This document shows, piece by piece, positions 1 to 10,200 of a stretch of DNA of 64,000 nucleotides. Positions within the stretch are counted from its first letter, which is position 1. Each line of letters starts with the position of its first letter. The notes below the pieces were generated by a model. That model did not search any database. It had not been told where the DNA came from and was given only the letters and a program-made list of their open reading frames with translations. Made by a program: the position numbers and the translations under genes. Source of the stretch: an uncultured Candidatus Poseidoniales archaeon (GTDB lineage: Archaea; Thermoplasmatota; Poseidoniia; Poseidoniales; Poseidoniaceae); contig CAYPPO010000002.1 of the NCBI GenBank assembly GCA_964412625.1, positions 9,497 to 73,496 on the forward strand, given 5' to 3'.

Positions 1-943
1 GTAGACTAAGGCCAATAGTAACATGTGCAATCATCAACATGCCGAGATAAATCATGCCTGTTGGATGAATTAAGGCAACACATGAAACAGCGAGTATGAA
101 TCCTCTTGTGTGGTGTGCACCTCTACTCGAGGAGGGTCGTAATAATACGAGAAGGCCAACCACGATTCCTAACTGACTTGCAACAGTAGGGTATCCTGAA
201 TCATAGGCTTTGGCAAATAAGCCTAAACCCAAAGCCATGGTAACAAAAAATTGCCCACCAGCACCATGATGATCCATGGCTCCCGCAGCACCAATAATCA
301 ATACTGCTAACGAATAGTGCCCCAGCTGAAACACAGCCTGACCGGAATCTATCCCGATAGTATCGCCCAACCAACCAGCGAGTGCTGGGAAGGCTGGAGG
401 ATAGGTCCAAGAGCCATTGTTAACTCCAGTCAACACCATATCGCCATGTTCACTAATCTGTCCTGCTAGAACGGCAAATCCGATCCAATCCACGCCAAAA
501 GGCAATTTTTGAAACACGGGTAGTAGAAAGATCCCTAAGCATAAAACACCCCCAACAACGAATCCCAATTTACCCCTATGTGATTGGAACCACTGTTGTG
601 CTGCGACTTCATCCGTGATATCTTGGTCATCGCTTTCCATAACCATACCATGCATGGCTGCTTCTAGTTTCTGCCACTGTGTGAGGCCTTTTTCCTCGTT
701 AATCCGGCGTTTTAAGTGGGCAATCGCCAAGGTGTTCAACAGTAAAATAATCGCCGATGCAAAAGCCCATGTCCATAGGCCTGATAACACCACTAATCCG
801 CAAATACCGTAAACAAGTAAGAGGCCTAATGCTGGACTGAGCATCGCTTTACGCCATTTATCGGCTGTTCCATCGAGCACTTTACAAAGTGCATAACCGG
901 GTATGATGGTTATTGCCAACAATACCGTAGCGGCAACAAACAT
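1..943 (-). CDS. Polytopic membrane protein, runs off window start; possibly GT-C fold glycosyltransferase-like
   Basis: Absent from ORF track. Manual translation from ATG 943: MFVAATVLLAITIIPGYALCKVLDGTADKWRKAMLSPALGLLLVYGICG..., several hydrophobic segments and a PFGVDWIGF loop. GT-C guess is inference. Confidence 0.7.
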   Translation of the reverse strand, partial: MFVAATVLLAITIIPGYALCKVLDGTADKWRKAMLSPALGLLLVYGICGLVVLSGLWTWAFASAIILLLNTLAIAHLKRRINEEKGLTQWQKLEAAMHGMVMESDDQDITDEVAAQQWFQSHRGKLGFVVGGVLCLGIFLLPVFQKLPFGVDWIGFAVLAGQISEHGDMVLTGVNNGSWTYPPAFPALAGWLGDTIGIDSGQAVFQLGHYSLAVLIIGAAGAMDHHGAGGQFFVTMALGLGLFAKAYDSGYPTVASQLGIVVGLLVLLRPSSSRGAHHTRGFILAVSCVALIHPTGMIYLGMLMIAHVTIGLSL

Positions 944-1014
944 ACTGCGCCCTAAGGCACCAAGGTCTTGACTTTTCGGCCAATAATCAATAATATCCGA
1001 CAATTAGCGTGGTC

Positions 1015-1635
1015 ATGGCAGAAGGGGAAATGTTATTCCACCCGATAGTCAAACTGCCAAGCCAATATTGGGTTTTTGATTTCACAAAAGGTGTCAATTC
1101 AGAATGGCAATGTCCGCTAGAATACCAGATTGGGCGGTATGATGAGCACCGACCTGGAATGTATACTACAGAGTTATTTGCTGGTGAGCGTGATCTCCAC
1201 GTTGGTCTAGACATTGGGGCACCGGTTGGTACAGAGGTGTTCTGTTTTGCCGAAGGCGTGGTTTTTAGCAAGGGCATAAACCCAGAAGCCGGCTCTTATG
1301 GACCGACCATAATCACACAACATGAGTTAAAACTCCCCGTCTCGGTTGGTTCCAGTGAAACAACTGATGTGGGCAAATTTTGGGTTTTGCACGGCCATCT
1401 ATCTACCAAATCATTAGACATGGTGGAAGTCGGAGATACCGTTGCTCAAGGTCAGGTGATTGCAACTATTGGTGATGAACGTGAGAATGGCGGCTGGCCT
1501 CCTCATATTCATATTCAAATTTCTCTGATTGAACCTGTCGATAATGACCTTCCGGGAGTGGTAAAATTATCAGATAGAGATGAGGCATTAAGCGTCTACT
1601 TAGATCCAAGACTGATCGTCGGTCAACTCTATTGA
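1015..1635 (+). CDS. M23 family metallopeptidase
   Basis: HVGLD (HxxxD), YGPTII, HGHL and ENGGWPPHIHIQ (HxH). No signal peptide. ATG 1015 preferred over GTG 1009. Confidence 0.85.
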   Translation: MAEGEMLFHPIVKLPSQYWVFDFTKGVNSEWQCPLEYQIGRYDEHRPGMYTTELFAGERDLHVGLDIGAPVGTEVFCFAEGVVFSKGINPEAGSYGPTIITQHELKLPVSVGSSETTDVGKFWVLHGHLSTKSLDMVEVGDTVAQGQVIATIGDERENGGWPPHIHIQISLIEPVDNDLPGVVKLSDRDEALSVYLDPRLIVGQLY

Positions 1636-2714
1636 TTGGGCTGACTCGATAAGAATTTTTTCAATGAATTAATTGGTCCGATTGAAGAGGGGTCTTTCCC
1701 ATGAACCAAGGCAAGAGCTATCGAAACCCAATCCATAATTATGCACAGGTGTAATAATGCTTCAAGCAACGATTCACCCTCCCCATGAATTCTCCAAGCC
1801 AAGTCGCTAGGGGTATGAGCTATCATCCATTCCAATCTTTTGACAACCTTGGAATGCATACCATTCCAAGTCAAAAATAGCACAACCTGGTCACCAATAC
1901 TAAAGTCAGCATCGTCTCCAACACCACCCCAAGCTACACTTTCATTATGATTCATTTCGGGAAAGATCCCGATTCTAGCAAACCGTGCTGAATTTTCATT
2001 GAGTTGATTTTTGAATCGGTTCAAGGCTGGCATTAATTCAGTAGGGCCGAGTAACGCAATTGGCTGTGTTGCCAAATATGAAATCAATTCGATAAAATCT
2101 GAATCATGTTTCGCCGTAAAGTCGTAGTCATCAACAACAGATTGTAGTCTTTCAAGCATTACTTCATTATCTTCGTCGTCAGGTAAAATTCCAATTCCTT
2201 TGAACAGAGCAAGTTGTCGAGCAAATATATGTCCAAATGCAGACCGAGGTGGTTGGCCACCAATAGAGGGTATGAAATAACAATTGTAGTGGATTTCAGC
2301 CAGCCCAGAAAGTATGCCGCCAGTTGAGATGACAATAACTGTGGCACCGGCCTGGAGGGCAATTTCTGTTGCATCAATCGCCTCCTCGGTATTCCCACTG
2401 TGCGAGGTAGAGATAACCAACCATTTTTCATTCCACCAAGATGGAATGACATAATCGCGTTGAACTACGACGGGAACTTTACCCTTTAGATTACATAAAG
2501 CAGAGAGGAAATCTCCGCCTGCAGCAGAACCTCCCATGCCTAGTGCCAAAACACCTTGCCAATCAGTATTGCCAATTTCTTCCATCCATGGATAGCGTTC
2601 CAAGGTAACGTTTCTGAAACCCTTGCGAATATCCTCAACAAATACACGCGTGAATCCAATCATATCCTCACTGTCGAGCACTGTTGCTAACTCGTTAAGA
2701 TTGATATCCGCCAT
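1629..2714 (-). CDS. Bifunctional phosphoglucose/phosphomannose isomerase (SIS domain)
   Basis: GMGGSAAGGD, SHSGNTEE, STGG, QPPRSA, RFKNQLNEN and PEMNHNE motifs. Confidence 0.88.
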   Translation of the reverse strand: MADINLNELATVLDSEDMIGFTRVFVEDIRKGFRNVTLERYPWMEEIGNTDWQGVLALGMGGSAAGGDFLSALCNLKGKVPVVVQRDYVIPSWWNEKWLVISTSHSGNTEEAIDATEIALQAGATVIVISTGGILSGLAEIHYNCYFIPSIGGQPPRSAFGHIFARQLALFKGIGILPDDEDNEVMLERLQSVVDDYDFTAKHDSDFIELISYLATQPIALLGPTELMPALNRFKNQLNENSARFARIGIFPEMNHNESVAWGGVGDDADFSIGDQVVLFLTWNGMHSKVVKRLEWMIAHTPSDLAWRIHGEGESLLEALLHLCIIMDWVSIALALVHGKDPSSIGPINSLKKFLSSQPNQ

Positions 2715-2739
2715 CAGGGGATGATGTAGTTCATCCTTT

Positions 2740-3810
2740 TTACTCTATACCACTATTTTCATCAATTGCCATGCTATGCAAAGCAATCCATTCACCGTCA
2801 ATACGGGTAATTCTGACAGATACTCTACCATTATGATCCCAAGGTAGTCTAACCGATGTCATTATCCAAGTGGTTGGATCGAGGAATTCACCGACTGAGG
2901 AATCCTGATTTATCAAATCAACAACAATATGCTCTGACATTCGAGATTTGACTTGTGAGGTTTCTAAATCTCGCCAACTCGCACCAGTTCTTTCTTGTCG
3001 GTCAACTCGTTCCAAGATTGCACCGTCTTTGGTCCAGGATGACGGCCTCCACAGATTATCGCGCCAACTTACAACATCGCCGAGCTCATAACCAGGTTTT
3101 CGGTATAGCAGTGTTAGCCGAGTTACATCGATTCCGTCTTTGCGGCCGACGGTTGAATTTGTCTCAACAACTTGTCCGCCATACTCTTTTGTTAGGTGCC
3201 TACCCCAAGCCCTAGCAAGACCTTTACTGCCCATTACCACGTCATAACCCCCAGTCACAGGCCCCTCATTAGTGATGAAGAACATGGGGTCGTCGGATAA
3301 CGATTCTTTGACAATATCCAAAGTCGCTCGTAGATTTTGAAATTCCTCTTCACTTAATTTTCTACCAGTAGAGCGAAGTTGGACAGTTGCTTCATAGTAA
3401 TTACCTGCTCTGCGAGTGCAGGTTAAACAGACCCCATTTGCCATTCTTGCACGCATTGTGTGCTCTTCTTGGAATAGTAGCGATTCAATAACAGCCTCTA
3501 ATTGAAGATAAATTAGCGTGTGTCTATCAGATATTGTTCTTGTTTCAACTCCGATAGCAATATCTTCAGCATCAACATGAAATTTTAGATTCCGTTGAAT
3601 CAATTCGTCCCAAACCTCATCTTCACTAATTTTTACCCACTTGCCTTGAATCTCAACAATACCGCATCTTGCACATCTTACCCAAGGTACATTCTCAGGC
3701 ACCTCTGCTAATTTGATGCGTTTACGCAAACATGCCTCGCACATACGGTCGCCAAACAATGGTGGTGGGGCGCCACACACAATACAGAAATCTGCCCCTA
3801 GTTCTGACAT
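2740..3810 (-). CDS. nmd3: NMD3-family ribosome biogenesis protein
   Basis: Four CxxC pairs (CIVC, CEAC, CARC, CLTC) and YYEATVQLR. Confidence 0.88.
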   Translation of the reverse strand: MSELGADFCIVCGAPPPLFGDRMCEACLRKRIKLAEVPENVPWVRCARCGIVEIQGKWVKISEDEVWDELIQRNLKFHVDAEDIAIGVETRTISDRHTLIYLQLEAVIESLLFQEEHTMRARMANGVCLTCTRRAGNYYEATVQLRSTGRKLSEEEFQNLRATLDIVKESLSDDPMFFITNEGPVTGGYDVVMGSKGLARAWGRHLTKEYGGQVVETNSTVGRKDGIDVTRLTLLYRKPGYELGDVVSWRDNLWRPSSWTKDGAILERVDRQERTGASWRDLETSQVKSRMSEHIVVDLINQDSSVGEFLDPTTWIMTSVRLPWDHNGRVSVRITRIDGEWIALHSMAIDENSGIE

Positions 3811-3862
3811 GGCTTCACCAAAGAGTCCTGTAAGCCCTTATGTTTCAAGTTGTAGCATGAAA

Positions 3863-4048
3863 TTACTCATCACTGTCATTTAACGGAACGGTTGATTCGG
3901 ATTCATCGTACTTTACTTTGAGAGTTTGCTCCATTGCGGTAATCCTTGAGGCTAATCTTTTGTTGCGTGAGACAATTGTCCAAGTCCAAATTCCAATACC
4001 GATAATCATCCCAATATAAGCGATTGAAAGGTAGGTTCTATCTTCCAT
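3863..4048 (-). CDS. ccmD: CcmD-like small membrane protein
   Basis: 61 aa, single TM with YLSIAY followed by a charged helical tail; abuts ccmC. Confidence 0.6.
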   Translation of the reverse strand: MEDRTYLSIAYIGMIIGIGIWTWTIVSRNKRLASRITAMEQTLKVKYDESESTVPLNDSDE

Positions 4049-4747
4049 TCACTCACCATCAATTATGCGTTGAAGACGGTTAATCCTCTGCTCAAACCGA
4101 GTTATTTGAATGGAGGTAATAATATGTCCGATAACCATTAGGGTGAATGAAATTACTCCGACATAAAATGCTAGTCTCATCTCAAGGGAAATTGAACTTG
4201 CATCGTCACCGGCAATAATCGGTCCCGGGTGCCGAATAACCCAAATTCTGGTTACCAAATAGGTAAAAGGTACCAAAACGAAACCGTAGAAACCAAAGGT
4301 TGCGAATGTATCTCGACTTTCAACACCGTCAGGTTGACTTCTTCGACCAAGCACAAGGAATACGGCTAGCAGTGTGAGTAGCGCGAACGAATTGAGGCGA
4401 TAATCCTGCCAGTCCCATGGAGTGCCCCATTCTGCAGCACCCCACACGCAGCCGGACCAAACAGCGATTAAGCCACAAGCTAGACCGGCTTCAGAGCCAG
4501 CGATGTGAAGTTTCCAGCCAAGTTCATTGCGCTTGAATAGCCACATAGCAGAGCCGGCAAATAACACACTAAAAGATATGAAAGCAGCCCACGCAGCGGG
4601 TACATGCCAATAAAAAATGCGCTGCGCTTCAGGAGATTCAAACGCGTTTATATTTACGCTGGGGACCCAGTTGAAGGCGAGAAACAGGGTAATAATTAAG
4701 CCGGAAAATCCGGCAATGAGGAACAACTCACCTCTGCGCTCTCCCAT
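4049..4747 (-). CDS. ccmC: Heme exporter / cytochrome c biogenesis protein CcmC
   Basis: RIFYWHVPAAW, Trp-rich WGAAEWGTPWDWQDYR (WWD domain), second His in IRHP, about 6 TM. Confidence 0.9.
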   Translation of the reverse strand: MGERRGELFLIAGFSGLIITLFLAFNWVPSVNINAFESPEAQRIFYWHVPAAWAAFISFSVLFAGSAMWLFKRNELGWKLHIAGSEAGLACGLIAVWSGCVWGAAEWGTPWDWQDYRLNSFALLTLLAVFLVLGRRSQPDGVESRDTFATFGFYGFVLVPFTYLVTRIWVIRHPGPIIAGDDASSISLEMRLAFYVGVISFTLMVIGHIITSIQITRFEQRINRLQRIIDGE

Positions 4748-4783
4748 AATTATGCCTCATTCGCTTACCTTTTGAACTTAAGG

Positions 4784-6001
4784 TTACAAGCGTGCACAGT
4801 AATCGACGACAAGGCCCCAAGGAAGAATCAAGACCGGGGTTAACAGTCTAATAAAAACAGCATTATTGCGCGGCAGTCTCACAGTACTCATTTGCAGAAA
4901 TCTTACGATATATGATGTCGTCAAAGTAATTAATCCACCAATGAGGATTATTCGATAATCCATTGACTGAATGAAGATTTGCATAGCAATGCCGGTGAAT
5001 ATGAAACCACTAATTATGCTTTCAAGATATGAATTAGGTACCGAGCTATTCTGTGCGCGCCACCAATCTATCGCTCTTTGTTCATTGAGAATTTTGAACA
5101 CCGGATCTCCAACCAAGCCCATGGTAAAGGCCGGTGCAAGGGTAAAACCCATCAAAATCAACTGACTATCAGATAACGTAAGCGGGTCTACAATCGACAG
5201 CAAGCAACCCATTACCAAGAGCGCAGATAACCAATTTCTCTGGATTGAAACAAGCGTGTTTAGGTTTAGATTCCAGCCAATTTTCGTCCTTAGGAACGGG
5301 TAGGATTTTTCGGTGGCGTCAACCTCCCAAGTTTCGCTATAATCAGGTTGTTGATTTATCGCCTCGCTTAGATTATGTAATGATGTGGCACATTCTCTTA
5401 TCCTTTTGTCATGTGATGCAATTATAATTCCATGACCTAAGTTCCTCAGTTGATGTATTTGTTCAACTAAGACTTCAATCGACGCATCATCAAGCCCCGA
5501 GTCTGGCTCATCCAATAAAATCAAACATTTTTCATCACTAACCATTCCAGGTATTAAACCACAAATAACTGCAACTTTTCTCTGCTGCCCACCTGAAAGA
5601 TGAGCGATTTTGTCATTCCTGCGGTTGCCAATATTATATCGCTCTAGAACAGATTTAAAATCGTAAGATTTGCCACATAGAGCGACAACACTGTCCAGTT
5701 GTTGTTGAATTGTTTGACTTGGCACCAAACAATTCGCTTGGAGGGTTAAGCCGAACGGCGTGACTGGATTCTTTCTCCGACCTTCTGCGTCACATACCAG
5801 ACGGCCATTGTGTCTTACTGCACCTTCTTCAAGAGGTAATAATCGGGCAGCAGTCTCTATTATGGTCGATTTGCCAATCCCGTTTTCACCATAGAGAACC
5901 ACACAATCACCACCGTTAACCGTTAGGGAAAAATTGTGCAACACAACGCCCATACCGCGACGAACTGTGACCTTATCCAGTTCCAACACAGGCTCTGCCA
6001 T
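4784..6001 (-). CDS. CcmA-like ABC ATPase fused to a C-terminal multi-TM domain
   Basis: Walker A GENGIGKST, LSGGQ, Walker B LILLDEP and ASHD in the first ~200 aa; 5-6 TM in the last ~165 aa; upstream of ccmC. Confidence 0.75.
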   Translation of the reverse strand: MAEPVLELDKVTVRRGMGVVLHNFSLTVNGGDCVVLYGENGIGKSTIIETAARLLPLEEGAVRHNGRLVCDAEGRRKNPVTPFGLTLQANCLVPSQTIQQQLDSVVALCGKSYDFKSVLERYNIGNRRNDKIAHLSGGQQRKVAVICGLIPGMVSDEKCLILLDEPDSGLDDASIEVLVEQIHQLRNLGHGIIIASHDKRIRECATSLHNLSEAINQQPDYSETWEVDATEKSYPFLRTKIGWNLNLNTLVSIQRNWLSALLVMGCLLSIVDPLTLSDSQLILMGFTLAPAFTMGLVGDPVFKILNEQRAIDWWRAQNSSVPNSYLESIISGFIFTGIAMQIFIQSMDYRIILIGGLITLTTSYIVRFLQMSTVRLPRNNAVFIRLLTPVLILPWGLVVDYCARL

Positions 6002-6089
6002 GAAGTAGCCATTGGCTGAACAGCAATGAATGCTACCATTTGTCTACAATTCTGCACTAGTTCAAAAATGGTAAGCCCTAAGCATTACC

Positions 6090-7130
6090 ATGGCCGCCCA
6101 GTTTACGCAGTTTAATGTGGCTGAAAGTTGCCTGTTCATACTTTGGATTGTTGCGATTTTGTGGCCGTTAATTTATGCGTTTCGACATAAAACCTCCTTC
6201 GCCCTTTCGATGACAGTTAGTTTGCTGCTTGGATACTTAGTGCAGGTAGTTTGGTCATTGATGTATAACCTAGATTTTGTCACAGTTTGGTTATGGGAAG
6301 ATCTATGGATGAGGCCTACCGAAGCTTCTGAACCGTCGGGCTGGATAACCTTCGTGTCCGCAGGTTTTTTGCACAGTCAGTTTAACGCCACTCACGTCTT
6401 GGGGAACATTCTGGTAATTTCGCTTGTTGGAATACCGTTGGAACAAAGGCTAGGAAGGAATCGTTTTGTGGCGATATATTTCATTGGTTTAGTTGGTGGC
6501 TCCATAGCATGGTTTCTGTTTAACATTGACTCCTCCAGGCCAGCGCTTGGTGCCTCTGGAGCGGCATTTGGGCTGTTTGGTGCGTACTTGGCTGGCTGGC
6601 CAAAAGATGAAATTCCGTTTCCATTGATTCTAATAAGAAAATGGCCAGTGTTTTATCTGGCTTTGATTTATTTCGGTTTAGAGGTTGTCAGGGCGTATTC
6701 TACCTATGGCTTAGATAGGCCGAGCGATGTGGGTTACATGGCGCATTTGGGCGGCTTCATAATTGCATATGTGATGCTACCGGTAGTTGCTAAAGGGGGA
6801 CCGGTTCCATTGGGTATTGAAGATGGTGGGCCTTCATCATCAAGTGAAGTGATAAACCGCCTCAAACAAATTAAACAGCAAATGAAGGATTTGTCAGAAA
6901 TCGGTAATCCGTGGGAGTCACAGAATTATGAACTCCCAAAACGACTCAGGGACCCAGTGAAGAGTTTGATGGAATCAAGTGATGAACCGGAGACAAGATT
7001 GGCATGGATGGAACACATTGCAGATCTTTCAACATGCCCCAACTGTGCAACCAAACTAGGTGTTGTTGAGCGTTCAGATGGCCCACATTTGCAATGTTCT
7101 AATGATCCCGAACATTTCAACTGGCCATAA
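6090..7130 (+). CDS. Rhomboid intramembrane serine protease with C-terminal Zn-ribbon-like extension
   Basis: FLH...HVLGN, GASGA (Ser), AHLGG (His); C-terminal CPNC...CSNDPEH. Confidence 0.92.
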   Translation: MAAQFTQFNVAESCLFILWIVAILWPLIYAFRHKTSFALSMTVSLLLGYLVQVVWSLMYNLDFVTVWLWEDLWMRPTEASEPSGWITFVSAGFLHSQFNATHVLGNILVISLVGIPLEQRLGRNRFVAIYFIGLVGGSIAWFLFNIDSSRPALGASGAAFGLFGAYLAGWPKDEIPFPLILIRKWPVFYLALIYFGLEVVRAYSTYGLDRPSDVGYMAHLGGFIIAYVMLPVVAKGGPVPLGIEDGGPSSSSEVINRLKQIKQQMKDLSEIGNPWESQNYELPKRLRDPVKSLMESSDEPETRLAWMEHIADLSTCPNCATKLGVVERSDGPHLQCSNDPEHFNWP

Positions 7131-7160
7131 TTCCCCAAACCCCCTAAGGGGGTTGGGGAA
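7131..7160. terminator. GC-rich hairpin directly after rhomboid stop (possible terminator or RNA-stability element)
   Basis: TTCCCCAAACCCCC-TAA-GGGGGTTGGGGAA, a 13-bp stem with one bulged A; no poly-T tract. Confidence 0.5.
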
Positions 7161-7228
7161 CACTCGAGAAAAGGATACTATCAAAACATGAGTAACTCTC
7201 AGGTTAACTGTCGAAGGGGTTTATTTCA

Positions 7229-10200
7229 ATGAGTTCTGTAATGGGTTTGCGCCGCTCAGCGATTTTTATCGTCTTGATTTTCTTGGTTGCTAGTTGCTCT
7301 TCTGCTGCATCATCAGTGACTGCTGAAAGCGAAAACACCTCCCAGAATTCATATCCAATTACCCATGGAGAGCCGATTTTGATTGACGGCCTGCCGCCCT
7401 TGATGTGCGGTGAGGAATTGTGCGATAGACCTCTCAGATTAAACCTCAGAGGCGATATGCCAGCCTCTGAGAAAGAGGGTTGGTGGCTTGCCTACGGTCC
7501 AGATTTAGATTGGAACGGCATGGATGATCGCTTGCAGAGAGTGATCGCCGGATTTGATTCAATATCGCCAACCGCAATCGTTGGTGATGATGGTAGAGAT
7601 ACTGTCGCAATCGTGGTTGACTATGCTTGGCACCCTACAGAAACCGAAGTTGAGCAGTTGCAGGCAGTACTAGACCAACATGGTTGGATTGGTATAGACT
7701 CAGGCGCATGGTTTAACCAGCCAGAAAGTATTGATTCAATTGTTGTTGATAAAGTTCCAGTCAGTGCATTAATGGATATTTATCACCTCAACGGAGTGGT
7801 AGTAATTGAGATGCAAAATGTCATGGTTCCAACTAATGATGTTGCTGGAAAAGCTACACGCGCCATGCCATCAGAAGTTTACGCTGAAACTGCTTATGAG
7901 CGGGGATATTCCGGGGATGGTGTAGTGATAGCAGTCTTGGATACTGGAGTCGACAACGAGCATCGCTCGCTAAATGATTTTGATGACCAAGATGATGCTC
8001 CCGATACCAATCCCCTCTCTTATGACGATCACAAATGGGTTGCAGGATATGACGCAACTTCAGCTGCAGCCAATCCAGACGGCACTCAAGACCCAGATGA
8101 TGGGCAAGGCCACGGAACCCATGTTGCAGGTTCGGCCCTTGGAACTGGCGACTCATCCAGAGTTCACAGAGGTACGGCACCGGGGGCATATCTTGTCGAT
8201 ATCAAAGTTTTAACAGATGCTGGAGGAACTAACTCTCAGTATTCCATCAGCGGTATCCAATGGATGATAAACAACGCCGACACCGACTGGGGGCACAACT
8301 CCTCGAGTAGAGGTATTCAAATCGGATCCATGTCCTTCGGCTCGGTTTCTTCCCCATTAAACCCGGGTGATGAGGGCGATAATGGAACTGGTGGTGAAGC
8401 CAGACTCATCAACAACGCCACTGAAAATGCCGATATTGTTTGCGTTATTGCTATGGGTAATGACGGCTCAAAGCGAGTCCCATCACCAGCGAGTGCTGAT
8501 TTGGGCTTTGCAGTTTCATCTGCTTCAGACTTTGGCACAACTAACAGAACCAATGACGGAATCTCAAGTTTCACTAATTATGGGCCAAGACTCGATGATG
8601 GTGACGACAATGAGTGGGACGAACTCAAACCCGACATTTCATCGTATGGTTCGAATATTATTTCGGCCACTGCAGCTACTGGTACTTCTTTCCCGGGAGC
8701 GCCGAGACCCGAAGCTGATTCAGATTATGACGAGAAAGATGGTACCAGTATGGCAACTCCAATCGCATCTGGTATCGTTGCGTTAGTTAGAGAAGCAGCC
8801 CCCTCTTTGAGTGCTTTCGAAGTGATGGATGTTATCAGAAATTCCTCTGAAGTTAGAGATAAGCCAGCAAATACGGTTTCCGACCGCTGGCATGAGAAAT
8901 GGGGTTTCGGACTTATCGATGCTTCATGTGCGATTGATTTTGCGCTGAATCAGCCTTGTACTCCGCTAGAGGATACCGGCGTGGTCAACCCTCCGCCAAG
9001 CGGTAATGGTTCAGGCGATTTCGTATCTATCAGCCAGCCATCAAATGACACATGGTGGTTGGAAGGCAATACGGCAACAATTTCAGGGACAACTGATTTT
9101 CCATCAAGCGAGCAATTTGATCAGGTCCAAGTACGCATTGTCCAATTCTTGGAATCCGGCACTGAGCGGGAATTAAAACCATGGACAATCGCTGGTGGCG
9201 AGATAGATAATTGGAACTTGAATGTAAATGTTCTAGAAGATTGGGTTCAAGCAGATGAAGAATATGTTATTGTTAGCGTCAAGCTATATGATACGGTGTC
9301 CCAGTCAGAATCAAATATTGACTTTAGAGTCATCAATTTGGCTCGAATGCAAGTTACGATTGCTAGCCCATCAGTGGGACAGAGTGTTAGCGGAATGGTT
9401 GAATTTAGCGGAACGGTAGATGGCGTTCAACACGATTACATGGAGTACAAAGTCGATAATGGGGCATGGGAATTTGCCACAGATTTACCTGAGTTGGAAG
9501 TTGGAAGTCAAGATTGGTCTTTCAATTGGGATTCGACGACAGTGACTGACGGTTCGACACGCTTGAGTTTCCGCATGGTCAATGAGTCAGGCGTCAAAAC
9601 TGATGATATCCGACGTACTATTGACGTTGATAACATGCCAGCAGCACCGGATTTTGTGTTTACTGGTGTCGTTGAGGTACTAGATGAAGTTGGACTTCCA
9701 GTACAGTCTGCGGTTGCTGGCTCAATATTGACTATGAAATTCACCATAGAGAATGTTGGCGACCTTGATGCCGACAACGTATTCATCAAACTTGACGCTC
9801 CAGGCGATAATTCTGATGTTTATCCGTCTGACACAACTATTTCGAACCTAGACGACGGAGAAGAGGCAGAAATAACTCTCTACTGGTGGGCAACAGAGGT
9901 AGGACTGCATACAGTGACTTTGGCGATTGACCCGACAATGAACTATGATGACCCTAACCCTGAGGATAATTCATACAGTTTCACCTTTGAAGTAGAAGAA
10001 CGTCCAGAGGAGCCAACATTACGGTTCATGCAAGGCGCCTACCAAACCTTACCACTCATACCAATACCAGGTGAACAATATACCATAATTGTTCGAGTTG
10101 ACAACCTTGGTCAAAATGATGCAGCAGGTCTGACCCTGACACTGTATACGAAGCTCTCAGATGGATGGAATGATATTGGTCAGGATATTATTACGGTAAT

